The translations under genes were made by a program, and so were the position numbers. The notes under the pieces were generated by a model. The model was not told where the DNA came from. It saw nothing but the letters and a program-made list of their open reading frames with translations, and did not search any database. 64,000 bases of DNA from an uncultured Sedimentitalea sp. (GTDB lineage Bacteria; Pseudomonadota; Alphaproteobacteria; Rhodobacterales; Rhodobacteraceae), in the NCBI GenBank assembly GCA_947504115.1, contig CANNGH010000007.1, positions 61,904-125,903 on the forward strand. The letters are read 5' to 3'. Below, piece after piece: positions 1 to 8,006 of this stretch (positions are counted from its first letter, which is position 1; each line of letters starts with the position of its first letter).

Positions 1-272
1 TTGGTCGGGTTCTCGGCCTCGAGATGCAACAGCTGCGCGATGACCAGATGACACATGCCGTCGTGAATCGGGCCGTTGATGAAAACGATCCGCTCCTTCA
101 GCAGGCGGGAAAAGATGTCATAGGCCCGTTCGCCGCGGCTGGTCTGTTCGACCACCATCGGGACAAGGGTGTTCATGTAGGTGTCAATCGGATCGAACAT
201 GTCATCAGCCTGTTGTTTGGAGAGTTCGGGACCATACCCGACAATGCGTTGCCAGAGTCTTAGTAGCGCCAT
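1..272 (-). CDS. clpP: ATP-dependent Clp protease proteolytic subunit ClpP, N-terminal part (gene runs off the window start)
   Basis: Absent from the ORF track because it is truncated by the window edge. My reverse-strand translation from ATG 272 gives [90 protein letters not shown]. The [25 protein letters not shown] and AQLL.LEAENP blocks are the conserved ClpP N-terminus. The true start may be the internal ATG (MFDP...). Confidence 0.85.
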   Translation of the reverse strand, partial: MALLRLWQRIVGYGPELSKQQADDMFDPIDTYMNTLVPMVVEQTSRGERAYDIFSRLLKERIVFINGPIHDGMCHLVIAQLLHLEAENPT

Positions 273-335
273 GGCGGGGCTGCAAGGGGCTGTCGTGGCC
301 TCGGTTCGGGTTGCAGGGCAAGCACCGTTCACGCT

Positions 336-1169
336 TCAGGCAGCGGGACGCAGGCCCAGAATGGCGCGCGCCTGAGCCGGCGTGGCGACCGGGCGGTCGT
401 ATTTCCTACACAGATCGACCGTGCGGCGCACCAGCGCGGCATTCGAGGGCGCCAGCGTGGTCCGGTCGAGGCGCACGTTATCCTCAAGCCCGGTGCGCGC
501 ATGTCCGCCCGCCGAAATCGCCCAGTCGTTCAGCAGAATCTGATCGGGGCCGATTCCCGCCGCACACCAGGGTGCGTCCCCGAACAGCCGCCGGACCGTG
601 TGCACGTAATAATCGAACACGTCGCGGTCGGCGGGCATGGCGTTTTTCACGCCCATCACGAACTGCACATAAGGCACGCCGCGGATCTGGCCCGCCTCGT
701 GCATCCGCGCGGCGGCGAAGATGTGGCTGAGGTCGAACGCCTCGATCTCGGGCTTGATGTCATAGGCCACCATCTCGGACGCCAGCCACGCGATCAGATC
801 CGGCGGATTCTCGTAAACCCGGCTGGGAAAGTTGTTCGAGCCGACCGACAGACTGGCCATGTCCGGTCGCAGCGGCAGCATGCCCCCGCGTGTGCGGCCC
901 GCGCCGGATCGACCGCCGGTGGAGAACTGCACGATCATGCCCGGACAATGCCGTTCGATGCCTTCTTTCAGCGCGGCGAACCTGTCGGGGTCGGAACTGG
1001 GCGTTTCGTCGTCGTTGCGCACATGGGCATGACAGATGGCCGCGCCCGCCTCGAACGCCTCATGCGTGCTTTCGATCTGTTCGCTGAGGGTGATCGGCAC
1101 CGCCGGATTGTCGGCCTTGGTCGGAACCGACCCGGTAATGGCGACGCAGATGATGCAGGGATCGGACAT
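336..1169 (-). CDS. 3-keto-5-aminohexanoate cleavage enzyme family protein (BKACE / DUF849 beta-keto acid cleavage enzyme)
   Basis: 277-aa ORF with ATG at 1169. The N-terminus (CIICVAITGSVPTKADNPAVPITLSEQIESTHEAFEAGAAICHAHVRN) and ...GGHARTGLEDNV... match the TIM-barrel BKACE family. Confidence 0.85.
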   Translation of the reverse strand: MSDPCIICVAITGSVPTKADNPAVPITLSEQIESTHEAFEAGAAICHAHVRNDDETPSSDPDRFAALKEGIERHCPGMIVQFSTGGRSGAGRTRGGMLPLRPDMASLSVGSNNFPSRVYENPPDLIAWLASEMVAYDIKPEIEAFDLSHIFAAARMHEAGQIRGVPYVQFVMGVKNAMPADRDVFDYYVHTVRRLFGDAPWCAAGIGPDQILLNDWAISAGGHARTGLEDNVRLDRTTLAPSNAALVRRTVDLCRKYDRPVATPAQARAILGLRPAA

Positions 1170-1193
1170 GGCGGCCCTCGTCTGATTTTCCGC

Positions 1194-1598
1194 TCAGCGC
1201 GCGGACTCGTTGCCGGTCGGAGTCCGACGATGCACATCGTCGGGATCGTGGTGCAGCACCGCCCATTCGGGATCCGGCCCCGGGTCGGGCAGATCTTCGG
1301 CCTTTTCATGTCGGTGAATATGCGCCTTGGCGATGAAATGCGCGGTCACCGGCGCGGCCAGGAACAGGAACAGCGTGATGAGCAATTCGTGCAGCGACAG
1401 ATGATCGTGAAAGACATAGGTGCTGACGATCGCCGCGATCAACAGGCCCCCCACGCCCAGCGTCGTCGCCTTGGTCGGCGCGTGCAGGCGTGACATCGGA
1501 TCGCCCAGCTTGATCAGGCCGTACGATCCGGTAAAGCCGAATATCCCGCTGACCACCAGAAAGAACGCGACCACGATTTCGACGATCAGTTCCATCAT
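1194..1598 (-). CDS. mrpG: monovalent cation/H+ antiporter subunit G (MnhG/MrpG/PhaG)
   Basis: ORF 1194..1658 trimmed to MMELIVEIVVAFFLVVSGIFGF... (ATG 1598), which starts 4 nt after the mrpF stop. Small three-TM protein and last gene of the mrp operon. Confidence 0.85.
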   Translation of the reverse strand: MMELIVEIVVAFFLVVSGIFGFTGSYGLIKLGDPMSRLHAPTKATTLGVGGLLIAAIVSTYVFHDHLSLHELLITLFLFLAAPVTAHFIAKAHIHRHEKAEDLPDPGPDPEWAVLHHDPDDVHRRTPTGNESAR

Positions 1599-1602
1599 GC
1601 CC

Positions 1603-1875
1603 TCACTCAATGATGTTGCCGCGCAGGATAAAGCGCGCATAGGCCACGGTCGAGACAAAGCCCAGCATGGCGATGATCATCGACGCCTCGAAATAGACCG
1701 CCGTTCCCGCCAGCATGCCGTAAAGCACCAGCAGCGCGATCACGTTGATCACCATCGTGTCCAGCGCCAGAATGCGGTCGCCGATGTCCCTGGCGCTGAC
1801 CACCTGGACCAGCGTCATCAGCAGCGCGGCGCCGAAACACGCGAAGTTGAAATAGATCGCATAGGTGAGGATCAT
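1603..1875 (-). CDS. mrpF: monovalent cation/H+ antiporter subunit F (MnhF/MrpF/PhaF)
   Basis: 90-aa hydrophobic ORF (MILTYAIYFNFACFGAALLMTLVQVV...). It sits between the E and G subunits, and its start overlaps the mrpE stop by 4 nt. Confidence 0.85.
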   Translation of the reverse strand: MILTYAIYFNFACFGAALLMTLVQVVSARDIGDRILALDTMVINVIALLVLYGMLAGTAVYFEASMIIAMLGFVSTVAYARFILRGNIIE

Positions 1876-2369
1876 TCGAAAATCTCCAGCAGGCGCCGCT
1901 CGTAACGCTGTTTGATCTCGTCGCGCACGGCGTCGGGGTCGGGTGCGTCAAGACAATGCACCAGCAGGCTGTGGCCCTTGCTGGACAGATCGGCCGTCAG
2001 CGTGCCGGGCGTCATGGTGATCGTTCCCGCCAGCATGGTGATCGCCGCCGGGGTGCGCAATTCCAGCGGAACGGTCACCCAGTTGGGGTGCAGGTCGCGG
2101 TTGCGGCGAAACAGGACCAGCTTGGCCACGACGACATTGGCGACGACGATATCCCAAAGCACGACCAGCAGATATTCCACGATCATCAGCGGATTGCGGA
2201 AATGCGTGCGGGTCGGCCAGTAAGGGCTGGTGACGAAGGGAATGAGAATGCCCAGGATCAGCCCGAACAGCAGCGAGTTCAGCGAAAAGCTGTTGACCAG
2301 CAGCAGCCAGACCAGCGTCAGCAGCACCGTCAGGATCGGATGGGGAAACAGGCGGCGGGCGAATGTCAT
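1872..2369 (-). CDS. mrpE: monovalent cation/H+ antiporter subunit E (MnhE/MrpE/PhaE)
   Basis: 165-aa ORF with an MrpE-like sequence (PHPILTVLLTLVWLLLVNSFSLNSLLFGLILGILIP...TPGT...). It overlaps both neighbouring genes by 4 nt. Confidence 0.85.
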   Translation of the reverse strand: MTFARRLFPHPILTVLLTLVWLLLVNSFSLNSLLFGLILGILIPFVTSPYWPTRTHFRNPLMIVEYLLVVLWDIVVANVVVAKLVLFRRNRDLHPNWVTVPLELRTPAAITMLAGTITMTPGTLTADLSSKGHSLLVHCLDAPDPDAVRDEIKQRYERRLLEIFE

Positions 2370-3928
2370 GGCGCGGACCTTCTCAATACGGCGTCGATAT
2401 AGTCGGACGGCGCGTAAAGCTGGTCAACCGTTGCCTCCGCATATTCCATCATCGGCCCCGACAGAATTGTCAGAACCACCAGAAGCCCCAGCAGCCCGAA
2501 GGCGGCGCTGAGCGCCATCGGAGAGGGTGCGCGCATTGCGCGTTCGGCACGCTCGATCTCGACGGGATCAGGGATTTCATCTTCGTCCTCGGGCGGGGTG
2601 ACGATACCGGGATCGTGACATTTCCAGAACAGCACGCTGCCCGACCGCGCGAACCCGACGATCCCGATCAGCGAGGTCGCCAGGATAACCGCCCATATCG
2701 TCACCGCCCAATCCGCGCCCCGCGCCGCATCCAGCACCAGCAGCTTGCCGATGAACCCGCTCAGCGGCGGCATCCCGGCCAGCGCGATGGCGCCGGCAAA
2801 GAACAGCGCCGCTATCATCCCGCCTTGCGGCATCGGCCGGGTCACCACGATGTCATCGCCGCGCCGGGCGATCACCATGTCGGCGATCAGGAACATCAGC
2901 GACGCCGCAAAGGTGGAATGCACCATGTAATACAGCGCCGCGGCGCTGGCCTGCGGCGTGAACAGCGAAATCGCCACCAGCAGCGTGCCCATCGACGCGA
3001 TCACCGCGAAGGCGGTAAGACGACCGATCTGGCGCGCGCCGAGGATGCCGACCATGCCGACCGTCAGCGTGGCCAGCGCCGCCGGCAGCAGCCATGCGTT
3101 CAGCCCGGCGCTCGCGGCCTGATCGGGGCCGAAGACCAGCGTGAACATCCGCAGGATCGCATAGGCGCCGACCTTGGTCATGATCGCGAACAGCGCCGCC
3201 ACCGGGCCGGGCGCGTTGGCATAGCTGGCGGGCAGCCAGAAATGCAGCGGCAAGACCGCGGCCTTGATCGCGAACACCACCAGCAGCAGCACCGCCCCGA
3301 CGCGCAGCAGCGCCGTGTCCTCAAGCGGCAGCGCGGCCACCCGCTCGGCCATGTCGGCCATGTTCAGCGTGCCGGTAACCGCGTAAAGCGTGCCCAGCGC
3401 GAACAGGAACAGGGTGGACCCGAGCAGGTTGTAGATCACGTATTGCACGCCCGCGCGCAGGCGGGTGGAGCCGCCGCCGTGGATCATCAGCCCATAGGAC
3501 GCGATCAGCAATACCTCGAAGAACACGAACAGGTTGAAGGCGTCACCGGTCAGGAAGGCCCCCATAAGACCCATGAGCTGGAACTGGAACAGCGCGTGGA
3601 AATGCCGCCCGCGCGCGTCCCAGCCCGTGCCCACGGCATAGATCAGCACGGCCAGCGCCAGCACGGCGGTCAATATCACCATCAGCGCCGACAGCCGGTC
3701 CAGCACCAGCACGATGCCGAACGGCGCGGGCCAGTCGCCCAGCTCGTAAACCACCACATCGCCGCTGGCGGCATGGTTCAGCAGGCCGGCCGCAATCAGC
3801 ACGAGACCCGCCGTTCCCGCGATCGAAAAGATACGTTGCAGGTCAAGATGGTGACGGATCACCATGATGATGAACGGCGCCAGAAGGGCGGGCAGCACGA
3901 CGGGCAGGATGATCCAGTGCGTCATCAT
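2366..3928 (-). CDS. mrpD: monovalent cation/H+ antiporter subunit D (MnhD/MrpD/PhaD, NuoM/N-like)
   Basis: 520-aa polytopic membrane protein with the complex-I antiporter-like fold (…FNLFVFFEVLLIASYGL…LPLHFWLPASYANAPGPVAALFA…). Confidence 0.9.
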   Translation of the reverse strand: MMTHWIILPVVLPALLAPFIIMVIRHHLDLQRIFSIAGTAGLVLIAAGLLNHAASGDVVVYELGDWPAPFGIVLVLDRLSALMVILTAVLALAVLIYAVGTGWDARGRHFHALFQFQLMGLMGAFLTGDAFNLFVFFEVLLIASYGLMIHGGGSTRLRAGVQYVIYNLLGSTLFLFALGTLYAVTGTLNMADMAERVAALPLEDTALLRVGAVLLLVVFAIKAAVLPLHFWLPASYANAPGPVAALFAIMTKVGAYAILRMFTLVFGPDQAASAGLNAWLLPAALATLTVGMVGILGARQIGRLTAFAVIASMGTLLVAISLFTPQASAAALYYMVHSTFAASLMFLIADMVIARRGDDIVVTRPMPQGGMIAALFFAGAIALAGMPPLSGFIGKLLVLDAARGADWAVTIWAVILATSLIGIVGFARSGSVLFWKCHDPGIVTPPEDEDEIPDPVEIERAERAMRAPSPMALSAAFGLLGLLVVLTILSGPMMEYAEATVDQLYAPSDYIDAVLRRSAP

Positions 3929-4266
3929 GCGCCCCCTTCGGCTTCGTCATCCATGTCGATGCGGTCGGTGCGGGCCGAGAGATAGGCGCTGAGCGCGATC
4001 ATCACCACCACCGCCGTCATCCCGAACGAGATCACGATGGCCGTCAGCACCAGCGCCTGCGGCAGCGGATCGGTATAGCCCTGCGCCGAATCGCTCAGGA
4101 CCGGCGGCATGTTCAGCACCACCCGCCCCGACGCGAACAGGAAGACGTTGACCGCATAGGACAGCAGCGACACACCGATGATCACCGGAAAGGTGCGCTG
4201 GCGCAGCACCAGATAGATGCCGCAGGCGGTCAGGATGCCGACGGCCGAAGCCAGCAATAATTCCAT
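3925..4266 (-). CDS. mrpC: cation/H+ antiporter subunit C (MnhC/MrpC/PhaC, NuoK-like)
   Basis: ORF 3925..4473 trimmed to MELLLASAVGILTACGIYLVLRQRTFPVIIGVSLLSYAVNVFLF... (ATG 4266), one nt after the mrpA stop. The 113 aa length is typical of the NuoK-like C subunit. Confidence 0.85.
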   Translation of the reverse strand: MELLLASAVGILTACGIYLVLRQRTFPVIIGVSLLSYAVNVFLFASGRVVLNMPPVLSDSAQGYTDPLPQALVLTAIVISFGMTAVVVMIALSAYLSARTDRIDMDDEAEGGA

Positions 4267-4267
4267 G

Positions 4268-7126
4268 TCAGGCCTCCCTGCCGCCTGCTTCGCCCTCGTC
4301 ACGGGCGGGGTTGATATCCATCGGATAATCGCTGGCCACGTTGGGCTGCCACGCATACCGCGCAAGGCTTTCCAGCGCCAGAAGCACAGCCCCCAACACC
4401 GCGAGGAACACGCCGAGATCGAACAGCATCGCCGTGGCCAGTTCGAATTTCTCCAGCCCCGGCAGATGCACATAGCCGAACGCGCTGGTCAGGAACGGCA
4501 ACTGGTTGAACCACGCGCCGATCCCCGTCAGCGCGGCGATCAGAACGCCCGAGCCGATGATCGCGTGATAGGGAAACCGCTGCCGCTCGGCCGCCCAGCC
4601 AAAGCCGCTGGCCATGTATTGCATGACGATGGCGATGGCCGCGATCAGCCCGGCGATGAAGCCGCCGCCCGGATCGTTGTGGCCCCGGAAAAAGATATAC
4701 GCCGCCACGATCAGCGCCAGCGGCATCATCACCCGTGTGACCACCACCATCATCAGCGGATGCGCGTCGCCGGCCAGCGGGCGGTCCGGCACCCGGTTCA
4801 ACAGCCGCGCCCGCACGCTGGAGCCGAGGATGGTTTCGGTGATCGCGTAGATGATGATCGCCGCGATCCCCAGGACGATGATTTCGCCGAACGTGTCAAA
4901 GCCCCGGAAGTCGACAAGGATCACGTTGACCACGTTGGTGCCGCCGCCGCCGGTCTTGGCATTGGCCAGATGATATTCCGAGATCGACGGCTGCGCGAAA
5001 CCGCGCGTCATGATCGCGTAGATCAACCCGCCCATGCCCAGCCCCGACATCACCGACAGCGTGATGTCCCGGGCGCGGCGGCCGAATGTGCTTTCGCGCG
5101 GGCTTTCCTGCGGCATGAAGTTCAGCGCCAGCAGCAGCAGGATGATCGTCACCACCTCGACCGAGATTTGCGTCAGCGCCAGATCGGGCGCCGAGAGATA
5201 GTTGAACGTCATCGACACCATCAGCCCCGACACGCCGATCAGCACCAGCATCAGCAGCCGGTTGCGGTGGAACACCACGACGCTCAGCGCCGAGACGACA
5301 AGCGCCACCCAGCCGATATAGGCGATCGGTCCGGGCTCCAGCATCGGACGCGTTTGCGGGCCGACCACGCCGGTGAACCATGCCCAGCCGGCCAATGCGA
5401 GGGTGAACGCGACGAAGATCGCACCATAGCGGCTGAGCGCGCCATCATGCAGCAGATCGGTAAGCCAGCGGCAGGATCGCGCGCTTGCCCCGATGCAAGC
5501 GTCGAAGATCGCCTTGGCCTCGGGGCGCGGTGTGGCCAGCCAAAGCCGGTTTACCGGCCCGTAAAGCGCCAGCAGGATGACCCCGCCCCCCAGCGCGATG
5601 ATCGACATGAACAAGGCCGGACTGACGCCATGCCACAGTTTCAGCTCGTAAGCGGGCAGCGCCTGCCCGGTCACGGCACCCGCCGCGACGGCGACCAGAT
5701 CGCCCGCGATCGCCGCCGGGAACAGGCCGATCCCCACCACCAGCACGACCAGCACGGCAGGCGAGAACCACATGCCGAATCCGGGATCATGCGGCTTGAG
5801 CGGATAATCGTGCCGCTCCGGCCCCAGGAAGACATGCACGATATAGCGGAAGGAATAGGCCGCCGAGAACAGCGCGCCAAAGGTGACGATCGCCCCCAGC
5901 AGCCAATAAGAGTCGAGCCAGCGCGTATGGGCCGCCTCTTCCAGCATCATTTCCTTGCTGAGGAACCCGTTCAGCGGCGGCACGCCCGCCATCGACAATG
6001 CCGCCAGCGTTGCCAGCACGAAGGTCACCGGCATCAACCGACGCAGCCCGCCCAGACGGCGGATGTCGCGGGTATGCACCGAATGGTCGATGATTCCGGC
6101 GGACATGAACAGCGCCGCCTTGAAGGTCGCGTGGTTGATTATGTGGAACACCGCCACCACCGCCGCCATCGGCGTGCCGAATCCCAGCAGCATGGTGATC
6201 AGTCCCAGATGGCTGACCGTGGAAAACGCCAGCAGCGCCTTCAGATCATCCTTGAACAGCGCGATCACCGCGCCCAGCACCATGGTCACAAGCCCGGTCG
6301 AGGCGACGATGTAGAACCACGCGTCGGTCCCGGCCAGAACCGGCCACATCCGCGCCATCAGGAACAGCCCCGCCTTCACCATCGTCGCGCTGTGCAGATA
6401 GGCCGATACCGGGGTCGGCGCGGCCATGGCGTGGGGCAGCCAGAAGTGGAACGGGAACTGCGCCGATTTGGTAAAGCAACCCAGCAGGATCAGGATCAGC
6501 GCGGTCAGGTAGAGCGGGCTGTCCTGGATCGCGGCCTTTTGCGTCAGGATCACGCTGAGGTCATAGCTGCCGGCGATATTGCCCAGGATCAGCATGCCCC
6601 CGATCATCGCCAGCCCGCCGCCCGCGGTGACCGCCAGCGCCATGCGCGCGCCTTGCCGTCCCTCGGGCAGATGTTTCCAATAGCCGATCAGCAGGAACGA
6701 CGAGAGCGAGGTCAGCTCCCAGAACACCAGCAAAAGCAGGATGTTGTCGGACAGCACGATCCCCACCATCGCGCCCTGGAACAGCAGCAGATAGGCATAG
6801 AACTGTCCCATCGGGTCCTGCCGGGACAGGTAGAACCGGGCATAGATGATGATCAGCAACCCGATCCCCAGGATCAGCCCGGCGAACAGCAAGCCCAACC
6901 CGTCAAGGAAGAAATTCGCGTTCAGCCCCAGCGCCGGAAGCCAGTCGATCCGCGCCGTCACCGGCCGCCCCGCCAGCACGTCGGGCACATGGACCAGAAG
7001 CCCGATCAGCGCCAGCAGCGTGACCGCCCCTGCCGCCGATGCCGAAGCGTTGCGCCCCGCCCGAACCAGAATTGCCGGGAACATCGCACCCAGAAACGGC
7101 AGTGCAGCAATCAGGAACAGCGACAA
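4268..7126 (-). CDS. mrpA: monovalent cation/H+ antiporter subunit A with fused B subunit (MrpA/B, PhaAB type)
   Basis: 952-aa polytopic ORF. The N-terminal two thirds are NuoL/MrpA-like (…WLPHAMAAPTPVSAYLHSATMVKAG…). The C-terminal part is MrpB-like. A six-gene operon with a fused A/B subunit is the group-2 Mrp/Pha layout. Confidence 0.9.
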   Translation of the reverse strand: MSLFLIAALPFLGAMFPAILVRAGRNASASAAGAVTLLALIGLLVHVPDVLAGRPVTARIDWLPALGLNANFFLDGLGLLFAGLILGIGLLIIIYARFYLSRQDPMGQFYAYLLLFQGAMVGIVLSDNILLLLVFWELTSLSSFLLIGYWKHLPEGRQGARMALAVTAGGGLAMIGGMLILGNIAGSYDLSVILTQKAAIQDSPLYLTALILILLGCFTKSAQFPFHFWLPHAMAAPTPVSAYLHSATMVKAGLFLMARMWPVLAGTDAWFYIVASTGLVTMVLGAVIALFKDDLKALLAFSTVSHLGLITMLLGFGTPMAAVVAVFHIINHATFKAALFMSAGIIDHSVHTRDIRRLGGLRRLMPVTFVLATLAALSMAGVPPLNGFLSKEMMLEEAAHTRWLDSYWLLGAIVTFGALFSAAYSFRYIVHVFLGPERHDYPLKPHDPGFGMWFSPAVLVVLVVGIGLFPAAIAGDLVAVAAGAVTGQALPAYELKLWHGVSPALFMSIIALGGGVILLALYGPVNRLWLATPRPEAKAIFDACIGASARSCRWLTDLLHDGALSRYGAIFVAFTLALAGWAWFTGVVGPQTRPMLEPGPIAYIGWVALVVSALSVVVFHRNRLLMLVLIGVSGLMVSMTFNYLSAPDLALTQISVEVVTIILLLLALNFMPQESPRESTFGRRARDITLSVMSGLGMGGLIYAIMTRGFAQPSISEYHLANAKTGGGGTNVVNVILVDFRGFDTFGEIIVLGIAAIIIYAITETILGSSVRARLLNRVPDRPLAGDAHPLMMVVVTRVMMPLALIVAAYIFFRGHNDPGGGFIAGLIAAIAIVMQYMASGFGWAAERQRFPYHAIIGSGVLIAALTGIGAWFNQLPFLTSAFGYVHLPGLEKFELATAMLFDLGVFLAVLGAVLLALESLARYAWQPNVASDYPMDINPARDEGEAGGREA

Positions 7127-7402
7127 TGCGGCATCTCCTCGGTCTCCTCCTCAGATCGAAGTGCGACCGTGGGTAAGGAATTTTCGCCGTTAGTCCAGCC
7201 CCGGAGAATACGGTTTTTTGGATTTTCGTCCAAAAAGAGACACTTACATCGTAACGATTTTTTTACTTGGTATACCAAATAGCGGATTTGCAGTTCATGC
7301 ACGGCGAGAGGCGGTGCACCGTGATTCGCCTTGACGATGAGTTGCCCCGGCAGGTTGCCCCAGCCTGCCATGTGCTACATAACAGCGCGCCTTGTGTGCG
7401 GA

Positions 7403-7879
7403 TCACTTCACGGCCCCATCCGCGATCCGGTTCAGTCTTTCCTGCAACGCATCGGCCAGATCAGCCAGTTCCCGTCCGCCCTCGTCAAAATATGGGGCGA
7501 AGACGCGGATCGGCTCCTTGTAGGAGAGCGTCGCCGAACCGTCGGGATTCTCGGTGACATAGAACCGCAACGGCGCCTCGATCATCGCGGCGGTGGACCG
7601 CTCCAGAATTTTCACGGCGAAGTCGTTGTTGAAAACGCCGATCACCCTGTTGCCGGGGATGGTGATGCCGCGCTCCGCCGCCGCCTCTGTCGGCCCGGCC
7701 TCGGTCACGACGCCCATTTGATTGGCGCGCGTTGCCTCCTTCACCGCCTCGACCAGTTCGGAATAGGTTTTTTCGGTCGGCCGGACCACCCACCCCTCGC
7801 GTTCACCGATCGCCTCGGCCGTGGCAAATCCGCCCGGAATCAGCAGGCCCAGAGCCAGAACCATCGTTGCAAGTCTCAT
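7403..7879 (-). CDS. DUF302 domain-containing protein with an N-terminal signal peptide
   Basis: ORF 7403..7915 trimmed to MRLATMVLALGLLIPGGFATAEA... (ATG 7879), which is preceded by GGGAGA. The DUF302-like core is …NRVIGVFNNDFAVKILERSTAAMIEAPLRFYVTENPDGSATLSYKEP…. Confidence 0.75.
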   Translation of the reverse strand: MRLATMVLALGLLIPGGFATAEAIGEREGWVVRPTEKTYSELVEAVKEATRANQMGVVTEAGPTEAAAERGITIPGNRVIGVFNNDFAVKILERSTAAMIEAPLRFYVTENPDGSATLSYKEPIRVFAPYFDEGGRELADLADALQERLNRIADGAVK

Positions 7880-8006
7880 CTTTATCTCCCTTCGCACGCG
7901 GATTGAGCACAGCAAACATCTGACACGCCCATGCCGGGATGACAGTCACGTTTGCGTCAGCACCGCGCCGCTTGCGCCTGCATCGAAAGCGGCTAGAACG
8001 CAATTC

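Noticed and set aside
2363-3985. 540-aa plus-strand ORF opposite mrpD
   Set aside because: Same shadow-ORF signature (runs of R, H, Q, G). The opposite strand encodes a clear NuoM/N-like protein.
4217-7282. 1021-aa plus-strand ORF covering the whole mrpA locus
   Set aside because: It is antisense to a recognisable MrpA/B membrane protein. The translation is an Arg/His/Gln/Asp/Pro-rich low-complexity string with no domain. This is the classic long shadow ORF of high-GC DNA.
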